A program made the translations under genes and the position numbers. The notes beneath the pieces were generated by a model. It was not told the DNA's origin and searched no databases. It saw only the letters and a list, made by a program, of their open reading frames with translations. From Malacoraja senta (taxonomy: Eukaryota), in NCBI GenBank assembly GCA_038087875.1, contig CM075989.1, positions 5,332,001-5,396,000 on the forward strand: DNA of 64,000 nucleotides, in the 5' to 3' direction. Below, piece by piece: positions 38,228-50,410 of the stretch; within the stretch, counting starts at the first letter, position 1; every line of letters starts with the position of its first letter.

Positions 38228-40466
38228 CTGTTGAGAAATAACAGTGTGTGGATGAGATTATCAATGGGGAGAACACTATAAAATGGGGGAAATTGCACAC
38301 ACAAAATGGAGGAACAGCACCTCATATTTCACTTGGGCACCTTACAACCCAGCGGTATGAATATTGATTTCTCTAATTTCAAGTAACCATTGCATTCCCT
38401 CTCTCTCCTCCCCTCCACCACCTTAGTCATCCTGCCAAGTTCCACTGGTCGCATCCATATATCCCTTTGTCATTGCCTCTTCCACATCCAACAATGGACC
38501 GTTGTGGACTCCACCTTTCCGTGGTCATCAGTGCTGGCTCTGGTTTGTTCTGAACCTTTTCATACCTCTAGTTTCCCCCTCCCCCTGACTCTCAGTCTGA
38601 AGAAGAGTCTTGACCAGAAACGGCACCGATCCTTTTCTCCATAGATGCTACCTGCCCTGCTGAGTTACTCCAGCATCTTCGGTGTAAACCAGCATCTGCA
38701 TTTCCTTCCTACGCAGAACACTACATTGATCTTTGTCTCTGGAACTGTTGCGCTTTAATGTGAAAACTATATTCTGCATTCTGCATCTTTCTCCTCATTC
38801 TCCCTATTCTACTTGAATTGGATTGATTGCATTTATGTGTAGTATTATCTGATTTGATGGGCAGCATCCAAAACAAAGCTTTCCACTGTACTTCGGTACA
38901 CGTGACAATAATAAACGTAAACTTAAAGCCAAACCTCAGGGAAGATGTACTGGCTTGCACAGACTAACATCAAATGTAATTCTCCATCAATCAGTGGCTG
39001 ATCTGAGGACAACATGACTTGTTCCATGGACTGTTAGATCTTCCATTGAGGTAGGAACTAAAGCTAAAACTGAGTGTACTTTTAGTTGAATTTAGAGAAA
39101 CAACACGGAAACAGACTCTTGGGCCCACCGAGTCCGCGCTGACCAACGACCCCCCCGCACATTAACACTACCCTACACACACTAGGGACAATTTACAATT
39201 TTACCAAAGCCAATTAACCTATAAATTTGTACGTCTTTGGAGTGTGGGAGGAAGCTGGAGATTCCGGAGAATACCCACGCAAGTCACGGGAAGAATGTAC
39301 AAACTCCGTAGAGACAGTACCGGTAGTCAGGATCGAACCTGGGTCCCTGGCGCTGTAAGGTGGCAACTCTACCGCTGCGCCACCATGCCACTGTACTTGT
39401 ATATTTCCAATGCTTTTGGACTCATTGTGATGGGAATGGTTTTTGGGGGGGGGGTGGGGGGTTATAATAGAATGTGTGCACGGTACCAAACGTGATGTTT
39501 GCAAATTGAGTTTAAGATGGTGTGGAGCTGTGGGAAGGATTAGGGCCTGTTGGCTCCATTGATGCCTGCCTTCACTTTTTGCTGGTGGTTGGTGCTTGGG
39601 CTGGGTGATCATCAGGCCTTGGTTGAGTGATCATCAGGCCTGACCCATTCATCAGTCACCAAGTTGTTCCACATGTCACTGTTACATGCATCTTCTTCAA
39701 AAACACATATCGACTACCCTGAAGAAAATACGTGAATTACTTTATCTACAACTTTATTACATGTTGGGTTCCAAAATTCCTTGCTCCTAACTGAGTTTTG
39801 AAGAATCATGGAATCGATATCATTACTCCCATTAAATTCCTTCTCCCATTAAACCTATGTCAATTCTTTGTAAAAAACTATCCTGTTCTGTTGGCACTTA
39901 CCCTCGTGTCCTGCAGTTACTTTTCTTTCAAGGACTTAGTGATAGAGTCATCCAGCATGGAAACAGGTCCTTCAACCCAAGTTGCCCATGCCAACCCATA
40001 TGCCCCATCTACACTAGTCCCACCTGCATTTGGTCCATATCCCTCTAAACTTCTCCTATCCATGAACCAGTCCAAATATCATTTAAATCAAATTATTATC
40101 CAATTCCTTTTTGGGAAAAAAAGGGACAATTTACATTCATAGCAAGCCAATTAACCTACAGTCCTGTGAGTCTTTGGAGTGTGGGAGGAAACTGAAGAAC
40201 TCGGAGAAAACCCACGCAGGTCACGGGGAGGATGTACAAAGTCCGTAGTCATCCATAGTCGGGATCGAACCAGGATCCCTGGCGCTGTAAGGCAGCAACT
40301 CTACCGCTGTGCCACCATGCCGTTGAATGTTGGGGATGTCCCACAGTCTCGCTATTAACACCTCATGATACAGACAAAGATGTACAATATGCTGATAACT
40401 GTCCCCATTACACAGATGCTGCCCGACCAGTATTTTCTGTTTTCACTGGCACTCTCGTTGGCTTAC

Positions 40467-40760
40467 CACTGAAGCAGTAGGCATCATGACGATCGCTGGG
40501 ATCAGGGTAGCCAGTTTGGTTGGTGAATCGGTAGACAGTCCTGACTCCTAAAAGGTTGCCACCACAGTTGGGTCTTCGGTTTGATATTGGGTATCTAACA
40601 CTGCCGTCTGCGAGCCAGCCAGTATTGCACTGATCCATGCCACCCTTCCATGCCAAGTATAGCTGCCCTGTGGTGGCTAACTGGGCACCTTTGTCAAAGC
40701 ACGCTTCCATTGCCTCCTTGAACGCATATCTTTCAGTGGTGGTTATGTAGAAGACTTTGC
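40467..40760 (-). CDS. ACAN: Aggrecan exon 6: G1 link module B'
   Basis: KVFYITTTERYAFKEAMEACFDKGAQLATTGQLYLAWKGGMDQCNTGWLADGSVRYPISNRRPNCGGNLLGVRTVYRFTNQTGYPDPSDRHDAYCFS; 294 nt; AG acceptor, GTAAGC donor. Confidence 0.96.
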
Positions 40761-42702
40761 CTGGAAACAGAAAGACAAAATATCCATCAGTTCATAAGTT
40801 CATGTTCATAAGTGATAGGAGCAGAATTAGGCCATTTGGCCCATCAAGCCTACTCTGCCATTCAATCATGGCTGATCTATCTCTCCCTGCTAACCCCATT
40901 CTCCCCACAACCCCTGAATCTACCTATCTCTTCCTTAAAAATATCCATTGACTTGGCCTCCGCAGCCTTCTGTGGCAATAATTTCTACAGATTCACCACC
41001 CTCTGAGTAAAAAAATGTCTCCTCTTCGCCTTCCTCTGAATAGACCTTACATGGTTAGATGTGACACCTAACAGGTTAAGGGATGCGATCATGATTCAAG
41101 ATACATCTGTGTGGAAGGATAAATGCATAGTCAATTAATCACTTTTATATGGAAGTTGTCTTTTTCTGATTTTTTATAGTGTCACTTAGAGTCATAGTCA
41201 TGAAGCACGGAAACAGGCCCTTCGGCCCAACTTGCCCATGCCGACCAAGGTGCCCCATCTACACTAGTCATAAGGTCATAAGAGTAGAATTAGGCTGTTT
41301 GGCCCATCAAGTCTACTTCACCATTTAATCATGGCTGATCTACCTCTCCCTCCTAACCCCATTCTCATGCCTTCTCCCCATAACCTCTGACATCTGAAAT
41401 AATCAAAAATCTACCTATCTATGCCTTAAAAATATCCACTGACTAGGCCTCCACAACCTTCTGTGGCAAATAATTCCCCATTCACCACCTCCCACCTCCC
41501 TGCGTTTGGCCCATATCCTTCTAAACCTTTCCTATTCATCATCTAGGTCTCAGCTTGGATTCCCTTGAAACCTTTACTATCCGTGAACCTCTCCAAATGT
41601 CTATCAAATATTGGTATATAACCTGTCTCAGCTACCTTCTCTGGCAGCTCATTCCATATACCCAGCACCCGCTATGTGGAACGACATCCAGTGGAATTTC
41701 ATGGACCGGGCAGTGCCACCATGTTTAAGTGGAGAAGGCACTTGTCCATAATGAAGTGCAGTATCTTAAATTTATCTTCAGATTTGGATTTAAGATGTCC
41801 ACAATCTTCCAGTGGGTACAGTCAAAGATCTGTATGACAGGTTTTTAAAACTGACATTAAGAATTATTTATTTCCTTTGAGGGAGGTTGACATGGTGCAA
41901 TTCATTGTCAGATAGATAGGCAGGAAACGTTTAGAGGGAATGTAGGAAAATGGGATGAATTTAGATGGGGCATCTTGGTCAGAATGGACTTTGGGCTGAG
42001 GGCCTGTTTCACTGCTAATATGGCTCCGTGACTCTATGTCTCTATGAGGCAACTAGCCCCATGAGAATTATCCAGGCCATATGCTGAGATGACAACAAGT
42101 TCAGTTTAGTTTATTGTCACGTGTACCGAGGTACAATGAGAAGCTTTTGTTGCGTGCCAACCAGCTAGCAGAAAGACAATACATGTTACAATGGAGCCAT
42201 TCACAGTGTGTAGATACATGATAAGGGAATAACGTTTAGTGCAAGGTAAAGCCAGTAAAGTCCGATCAAAGATAGTTTGAGGGTCACCAATGAGGTAGAT
42301 AGGAGTTCAGGACTGCTCTCTGGTTGTGGTAGGATGGTTCAGTTGCCTGATAACAGCAATGTTATGTAACTTGGAAGCATGGAGATGAAATGGGATGAAG
42401 GAGTTTGTTCTTCTCATCTCATGTACTAGTTCCGCACTCTATAGCAACCAGTAGACCACCGCCACCACCCAGAGCAAATGCTGTCTCCGCGACACACGCA
42501 CTAAGGGATCCCTTTCGATCTGTATGTTGGCCAGACCATGTCACGATCACCATTAACCACATCAGTTCCCAGGGCCTGATATGCTCCTTTGATCTTCCCA
42601 TTCTCCCCAAGAATCAAGGTTTCCAAACCTTGTTCGAATTCACCCAGTGCTCTCTCCTGCCCTGCATCCTGTATTGAGGATAGACACAAAGTGTTGGAGT
42701 AA

Positions 42703-43093
42703 AGCCCCTGTCCCACTTAGGAGACCTAAACAGCAACCTCTGGTGCCCTTGCCCGCCACCCAAGGTTTCCATGAGTTCACCGGAGGTTTTGGTCACTCTC
42801 CCTAATGGTCGAAAGTGGTTTCCGCGAGGTCGAGGCTTCATCTCGGTTGCTGCTATTTTTTCATCATGATTAAAACCGGCCTCGACTAAAAATAGGTTGC
42901 CGTTTTAAAAATCGATCATTTTTTAGTCGCAGGTCTAGTCGAAGCCGGTTTTCTTCATAGTGGAGGAAGGTTTTCAACATATGTGCGGGAGGTGGTAGGA
43001 AGTTGCAGGTCACCTCGACCTTGATTTTTTTTTTGGGTGGCGGGCAAGGTCACCAGAGGTTGCTGTTTAGGTCTCCTAAGTGGGACAGGGGCA
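42703..43093. mobile_element. PIF/Harbinger-like MITE inserted into a Penelope pseudo-LTR fragment
   Basis: TIR of about 60 bp starting GCCCCTGTCCCACTTAGGAGACCTAAACAGCAACCTCTGGTG; interrupts GGAGTAA|CTCAGCGGGACA. Confidence 0.82.
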
Positions 43094-43218
43094 TTACACT
43101 CAGCGGGACAAGCAGCAACCAGCATGTTGCGTCTATCTTCGGTGGAAACCAGCATCTGCAGTGCCTTTCTATGAGGGTCTGAGTCTGGATTTCATCAGGG
43201 AATAAGCACAGTTCTTAC

Positions 43219-43346
43219 CTTGTAAGTCTTTAGCAAAGCAATAAACGTCATAGGTTTCATTGGTGTCTCTGATGCCGTAGGTTCTGACTCCCGGGTACTC
43301 GTCCAAGTTACCGTAGCATCCCTCGCGTGGTTCATGAATTGGATAC
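43219..43346 (-). CDS. ACAN: Aggrecan exon 5: G1 link module B, second part
   Basis: YPIHEPREGCYGNLDEYPGVRTYGIRDTNETYDVYCFAKDLQ; 128 nt; phase 2 to 1; donor G|GTAAGA. Confidence 0.95.
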
Positions 43347-43794
43347 CTGGGAAAAGCATTGCAGAAACATGTCTCAGGGATAATGTTACCACTGTCTGTT
43401 TATTCTCTGTAAATATTGGAGCTCGCGGTAAAAGGTTGAACAAGGACAAGCAGGAACTAACAGTCTGCGGACAGACCAATGTCCCCGTACTTCAAATTTT
43501 GGATTAAGTTCACGATTTGGATGGGAATCAGCGGCCAGTTGACCACCACCGCCCAGGGGAAACGCTGGCTTGGTCAAACACGCATTAGGGGGATCCCTCT
43601 CCATCGTGATTCAGTCGGGCCGACCCAATGCCACCTCACACAGAAGATACACACAAAAAAGCTGGAGTAACTCAGCGGGACAGACAGCGTCTCTGGAGGA
43701 AAGTCTTCGGTTTAAACCAGCGTCTGCAGTTCCTTCCAACACACCACCTCACATAGAGCACTTGTGCCACATCAGTCCAGTGTGGGATACAATC

Positions 43795-44550
43795 AAGGTT
43801 GGGAAAAGGGGAAGTACAACGGGATCTGGGTGTCCTTGTACATCAGTCTATGAAATTAAGCATGCAGGTACAGCAGGCAGTGAAGAAAGCGAATGGCATG
43901 TTGGCCTTTATAACAAGAGGAATCGAATATAGGAGCAAAGAGGTCCTTCTGCAGTTGTACAGAGCCCTAGTGGGACCACACCTGGAGTATTGTGTGCAGG
44001 TTTGGTCCCCTAATTTGAGGAAGGGCATTCTTGCTATTGAGGGAGTGCAGCATAGGTTTACAAGGTTAATTCCTGGGATGGCGGGACTGTCATATGCTGA
44101 GAGAATGGAGCAGCTGGCCTTGTACACTCTGGAGTTTAGAAGGATGAGACGGGATCTCATTGAAACATATAAGATTGTTAAGGGTTTGGACACGCTAGAG
44201 GCAGGAAACATGTTCCCGATGTTGGGGGAGTCCAGAACCAGGGGCCACAGTTTAAGAATAAGGAGTAAGCCATTTAGAACGGAGACGAGGAAACACTTTT
44301 TCTCACAGAGAGTGGTGAGTCTGTGGAATTCTCTGCCTCAGAGGGCGGTGGAGGCAGGTTCTCTGGATGCTTTCAAGAGAGAGCTAGATAGGGCTCTTAA
44401 AACTAGCGGAGTCAGGGGATATGGGGAGAAGGCAGGAACGGGGTATTGATTGGGGATGATCAGCCATGATCACATTGAATGGCGGTGCTGGCTCGAAGGG
44501 CCAAATGGCCTACTCCTGCACCTATTGTCTATTGTCTATTGTCTATTGTC
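43795..44550 (+). mobile_element. CR1-clade LINE (HER1-like), 5'-truncated, young
   Basis: Uninterrupted 216-aa ORF with the CR1 ORF2 C-terminus (HLEYCVQVWSP...RTRGHSLRI...FFSQRVVSLWNSLP), 3' UTR and (TTGTCTA)n tail. Confidence 0.9.
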
Positions 44551-46484
44551 ATCGAAATGAAGCCCTACGTCCTAACAGGTTCTCACTTCACCTGTAATGG
44601 TGACTACAGAATTGTTGAATTGTACAATCTCATCTCATTTTCTATCGGCTATTAGTGAAGGATGACCAATGAAAGCAAAACCATTTGTCATTTTTTAAAT
44701 AAAACAAATTTTAAGTGTAATCATATTTTTTTTTCACCAGACACTTAAGGAACATAGAGAGACACAAAGTTTTGGAGTGACTTAAAGAGTCAGGCAGCAT
44801 CTCTGGAGAAAAAGGATGGGTGACGTTTCAGTTCAGGACTCTTCTGAAGGAAGGTCCCAAGTCGAAACGTCACTCATCCTTTTTCTCCAGAGATGCTGCC
44901 TGACCCGCTGTGTTACTCCAGCACTTTGCGTCTATCTTTGGGATAGTATCTTGTGTCCGTGTGAGGGGAAATCAGTCATTGTTCCTGCTTCTTAATCAAC
45001 AACCAGAGACCATCCTCTAGATGGTCAATGTGCAATGATGTTGATCTGAAGAAGGGTCCTGACCCAAAATGTCGCTTGTCCATTCCCTCCATAGATGCTG
45101 CCTGACCCGTCGAGTTCCTCCAGCACTTTTGTGTTTCGCATTGATGGCTTCATGTGTGGTAACATATTCATGTTATCAGCAAGGACAAAGTTCATTGATC
45201 ATCCTTGGAAGGTTTTGACCAGTCACCAGAGGACTGTGGGTCGGATGGAACAGAGCTCGGAGACATCTATCCCCAATAACCAATAGAAACAAGATGGAAT
45301 TTCATAATTCAACTATTCCATTACCATCACAGGTAGATTTTCTTTTAATCCAGATTTATTTACTTAACAATTAAATTAAATATTTGCGGCTGGGTTGTGA
45401 CTTGGACTCACATCTGCAGATCTTTAGTCTAGGTCTCGAGACATCTAATCGTTCCACTTCAATGTCAGGGGTTATGGGGAGAATGCGGGAGAATGGGGTT
45501 GAGAGGGAAAGATAGATCAGCCATGATTGAATGGTTGAGTATACTTGATGGGCCGAATGGCCTTATTCTATGTTCTAGAACTTATGAACTTCCATGGGGT
45601 TATGGGGATGAATGATGCTGATATAACCACAGCTCTGCATCAGTCATTACCCTTGGGAGAGGAGGGGGGAAGTGGAAGATGTATTCTAGACTGTAACGTT
45701 ACATCATCCAGTCTGAAGAAGGGTCTCACCCCGAAATGTCACCCATTCCTTCTCTCCAGAGATGCTGCCTGTCCCGCTGAGATACTCCAGCATTTTGTAT
45801 CTATCTTCGGTTTAAACCAGCATCTACAGTTCATTCCTACCTGGTTAGATCACATCTCGTGTGGTGGATCATGAAATGAGGTGCACACACTATATCCTCC
45901 GTGTACACCTTCAGGTAAATTGAGCCAGGTCCCTTCATCATTTGTGGAGCTTCTCAATGGATTGGAGGCTTGTGCATTGAATGGTTCTGTGAAATATTGC
46001 TCCATGTTGTAGATTTTTCCACACATGGACCTTGATGTCCCCCCCCCATTCCCCAAAGGATGGACTTGGAGGAGAGTGTGGCAGACACTGCCCGGACCAT
46101 CACAGGTACTGAACACCACAACGTTAGTGGATACTACCTCCAAAAGGCAGCCAGTGTCATTAAAGACCCAGACCACACTGGCCACACTCTTACTTCACTC
46201 CTACCATCGGGAAGAAGGTATAAGAGTCAGAAAACTACGACCACCAGGTTCAAGAATAGCATCTTCCCAGCAACCATCAGGCTCTTGAACACTACACAAC
46301 ACTAACCTCAACGATGATCTACGGGCTGTCTTTGGTTGCACGAAGGACTTTGATTCTTTCACATTACTATTGGGGATATTAACTTTTGAATTTCTGTTTA
46401 TTATACATTATCTATGAGTATTGAGTTTACAAGCCTGTTGTGTTGCCGCGAGTCGGAAATTTAATTGTTGTGTTGTCGCTACAT

Positions 46485-46792
46485 GGCGGCAACGTGGCGC
46501 AGCGGTAGACTTGCTGCCTTACGGCGCTTGCAGCACCGGAGACCCGGGTTCCATCCCAACTATGGGTGCTGTCTGTACGGAGTTTGTATGTTCTCCCCGT
46601 GACCTGCGGGGTTTTTCTCCGAGATCTTCGGTTTCCTCCCACGCTTCCAAGACGAACAGGTTTGTAGGTTAATTGGCTTGGTATAATTGTAAACTGTCCC
46701 TAGTGTGTGTGGGGTAGTGTGATTATGCGGTGATCGCTAGACAGCGCGGACTCGGTGGGCCGAAGGGCCTGTTTCCGCGCTGTATCTCTAAG
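46485..46792 (+). mobile_element. HE1-like V-SINE
   Basis: Same consensus. Other plus-strand copies near 25335-25645, 27253-27545, 28167-28475, 32668-32940, 33360-33637, 49622-49820, 57354-57635, 61708-61990 and 63925-64000 (truncated by the window). Confidence 0.88.
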
Positions 46793-46951
46793 CTATACTT
46801 AAAACACTTCATTCCAGTCACTGTCTCTGAGAGAAGTCCAGTGTCAGCTGGCTCTCTTCACAGTTTCCTGCAAGTGGCTTTATAGACATATGACGATCAA
46901 ACACTCGTGAGTCTTGGGGTTAGTGGGACAAAATGTGGAATTGGTCCAGAC

Positions 46952-47126
46952 CTTACAGTTTGGTCAGCCATCCAGCCTGCATCACATTGGTCATATCCAT
47001 CGTCGTAAGCTGCTTGCAGTTGTTCTGGGGTGGCGATGGTGGCAGTGTTGTCAACGCAAGCCTGCTGGGCTTGGTAGAAGTTGAGAGTGTACCTGCTGGA
47101 GATGGCACGGTAATGGAAAACGATGC
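46952..47126 (-). CDS. ACAN: Aggrecan exon 4: G1 link module B, first part
   Basis: Manual translation [59 protein letters not shown]; 175 nt; ttctAG acceptor, AG|GTCTGG donor. Confidence 0.95.
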
Positions 47127-47608
47127 CTAGAATCAGAGCAGAAAAGACAGGTCACAAACACCTTCTGGAGTTAAACCAATGCATTAATAAAAGTAAGTAA
47201 GTTTATTGGCCAAGTATTCACATACAAGGAATTTGCCTTGGTGCTCCGCCCACAATTAACAACATGACATACAGTAACAGTTACGAATGACTCAGAAAAC
47301 ACTAAACATTAATAATAATAAAACATTAATGGTAAAACACCATTGATCAAGCTTGTGAACCAACAACATACCAGATCAAAGGGAGGCTACAGATTTTTGG
47401 CTGTTGAGTAGAGCAACTACTCGCGGATAAAAACTGTTTTTATGTCTGGCTGTGGCAGCTTTGACAATCCGGAGTCGCCTTCCAGAGGGAAGTGATTCAA
47501 AGGGTTCTTGGCCAGGGTGAGAGGGGTCAGAGATGATCTTGCCTGCTCGCTTCCTGGCCTGCTGTTTATCTGAGGCGTGTGGCGCTCACAGTCCATTGTG
47601 CCTCATGT

Positions 47609-48136
47609 TGGGCCTGTCCCACTTTGACGATTTTTTGGGCGATTACAGGCGACTGCCGCAAAATTTTCAACATGTTGACATTTTTTCGGCGACATTGGCA
47701 ACAATTTTTGCTGTCGCAGGTTGTCGCCAGGTGTCATAGGTGAATTCCATTAAATCTAGTCCCTGGCAGTCGCTAAAGAGTCGCCTAAAAGGGCCTGTCC
47801 CACGGTACGAGTTCATTCCAAGAGCTCTCCCGAGTTTCCCCTGATTCGAACTCGGAGATTTACGGTAATGGCCACTCGTCGGTACTCGGGGCTCTCGTGG
47901 ACATTTTTCAACATGTTGAGAAATCTTCACGAGTCTTCCCGTGCTTACCTGCCGTTAGCGAGTCTTCCCGAGTACCTGCCGTTAGCATTACGAGCCGCTA
48001 AGAGACGTCCCTGATCTCCGATGTACCCGCTACGTTCATTCTCCGTGCTTACCACGAGTTTGATTTTTTTGAAACTCGGGAGAGCTCTTGGAATGAACTC
48101 GTAACGTGGGACAGGGCTTTAAGTGGGACAGGCCTT
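47609..48136. mobile_element. Two nested PIF/Harbinger-like MITEs (inner 47790-48119)
   Basis: Two left ends GGGCCTGTCCCAC (47610, 47791) and two consecutive right ends GTGGGACAGGGCTT-TAA-GTGGGACAGGCCTT-TAA. Confidence 0.82.
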
Positions 48137-48209
48137 TAAGTATGCTTATCAAATAGACCTGCAATTGATGTGAAAGGATAATACCACTGACTAATTATCT
48201 ATCTATCTA

Positions 48210-48699
48210 TCTATATACTTTTAAAACTCTCTGGCTGCCGTCCGTCTGTACGTCTGTACGTCTGTACGTCTGTACGTCTGTACGTCTGTACGTCTGTACG
48301 TCCGTACGCCGCCTTTGATACCGCCCCTGGCCCACACAGCGCGCGGAAAGGCCCATATTTTTTACCATTTCCAAAGAGATGACATTTATCTTTACGAATA
48401 GCCACTCCTGATTAAATTCGGTCCTGTTTATGTACACGTTTTTTAATAAAATCCATCCCCCCCCACCCCCATGTGATTGTCTCCGATTTTCTCCGAAAAC
48501 GACGCCATCTTTTTTTCGCCGATTTTCTCCAAAAACGACGCCATCTTTTTTTCGCCGATTTTCTCCGATTTTTTCCGAAAACGACGCCATCTTTTTTTCC
48601 ACGATTTTCACCCCGGGGTCTGAAGCACGTTCGGGAACAACACCCCGGGGTGTCAAGCACTTTCGGGGACCAGACCCAACGGGTCTGCACTTGGTCTAG
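48210..48699 (+). mobile_element. Non-autonomous Helitron
   Basis: 5' TCTATATACT after an A; 3' hairpin CAGACCC-AAC-GGGTCTG, 8 nt, then CTAG followed by T; no TSD; internal (GTCTGTAC)n and about three copies of a roughly 36-bp tandem repeat. Confidence 0.75.
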
Positions 48700-50075
48700 T
48701 AACCATTAAAACACAGTCGGATTAAATATTAAATTTGTAATATTACTGATTGTATGCCTTGTTGTCAACTTCCCCTCAGCTAACAATGAACCATTCTACA
48801 TTTCCTTACCACCATCTGCTTGATCTGTCATTTTCACACCTTACCTTCCATATCCCTAGACTCCCTCACCCCTGACTCTCAGTCTGAAGAAGGGTCTCGA
48901 CCTGAAACATCACCCATTCCTTCTCTCCAGAGATGCTGCCCGTCCCGCTGAGTTACTCCAGCATTGTGCGTCTATCTTCGGTGCAAACCAGCATCTGCAG
49001 GAACCAGCAGTTCCATCCTACGCATTTCGTCTTACCTAAAACATTGCCCATCCATGTTCTCCAGAGATGCTGCATGACCTGCTGAGTTACTCCAGCACTT
49101 TGTGCCATTTTTTTGTAAACCAGTATCTGCGGTTCCTTTAGTCGACATCAAAATCATTGTTTGCCATTATTTTCCGGAAAAAGTATTTTGTCAGAGGAAG
49201 GAGCATCAGTTTGAATGATAATCATTTATAGAACATATATAGAACAGCACAGCACAGGAACAGGCCCTTCGGCCCACAATGTCTGTGCTGAACATGGTGC
49301 TCAGACAGACTAATCACCTCTGCTGCAGTTGATCAATAGGCTGCATTCCCTGCATATATCTACATCTCTTAAATGCTACTATCCTCATCTGCACCCATCA
49401 CCACTGATGGCAATGCGTTCCAAGCACGGTGTATGTGAAAAAGCTTGCCCTGCACATCTCCTGTGGAACCTATTTGACACAGTTTCTATCTACATTAAGG
49501 AGTTTGGAAGTGATAAGTGGAAGCCAGTTTGGCCCTTGCACCAACTGGTAGTCAGATGGAGATTTTCCAGCCACAGACCCACCAATTGAAATGGTGCAAG
49601 TAGTTCACCTTTTAAGTAATCCGGGTGGCATGGTGGCACAACTGTAGAGCTGCTGCCATACAGCGCCAGAGACCCAGGTTCAATCCTGACTTGGGATGCT
49701 GTCTGAATGGAATTTGCACGTTCTCCCTGCGACCACGTGGGTTTCCTCCGGGTGCTCCGGTTTCCTCCCACATTCCAAAGACGTGCAGGTTTGTAGGTTA
49801 ATTGGCTCCTGTAAATTGTCTCTCGATCATAGTGTATGGGTGATGCGTCGGAAGGAACTGCAGATGCTGGTTTACACCGAAGATAGGCACAAAATGCTGG
49901 TGTAACTCAGCGGGTCAGGCAGCATCTCTGGGGAAAAGGAATAGGTGACGTCTCGGGTCGAGACCGTTCTTCATAAGGGGGAGTGCAGGTCGGCGCGGAC
50001 TCGGTGAGCCGAAGGGCCCATTTCCATGCTGTATCACTAAACTAAACACCTAAAAGGCAAGGCGTGATAGCAGTA

Positions 50076-50372
50076 AGCCCCTGTCCCACGATGCAAGTTT
50101 ACCCAAGCGCTCTCCCGAGTTAAAAAACAAAAATCAAACTCGTGGTACTTCATCACGAGTATTTTTTTACTCTTGGAAATTATTCACACTGTTGAAAAAA
50201 CGTCACGAGTTTCTGCGTTTCCCGAGTCCTGCCGTTAGCGTTACGAGCCGCTACGAGACATCCACGAGCTCCGATGTAGCCGCTACGTACATTCTACGTA
50301 CTTACCACGAGTTTGATTTTTTTTTAAACTCGGGAGAGCTCTTGGGTAAACTCGCTTTGTGGGACAGGCCCT
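50076..50372. mobile_element. PIF/Harbinger-like MITE
   Basis: TIR AGCCCCTGTCCCAC...GTTTACCCAAG; followed by TAA; about 40 bp from the exon 3 donor. Confidence 0.8.
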
Positions 50373-50410
50373 TAACAATAAAGAGTATTAAATTAAAACA
50401 AGATGTTTAC

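Noticed and set aside
48207..48709. Repetitive ORFs (KKDGVVFGENRR, RRTDVQTY)
   Set aside because: By-products of tandem repeats inside the Helitron-like element.
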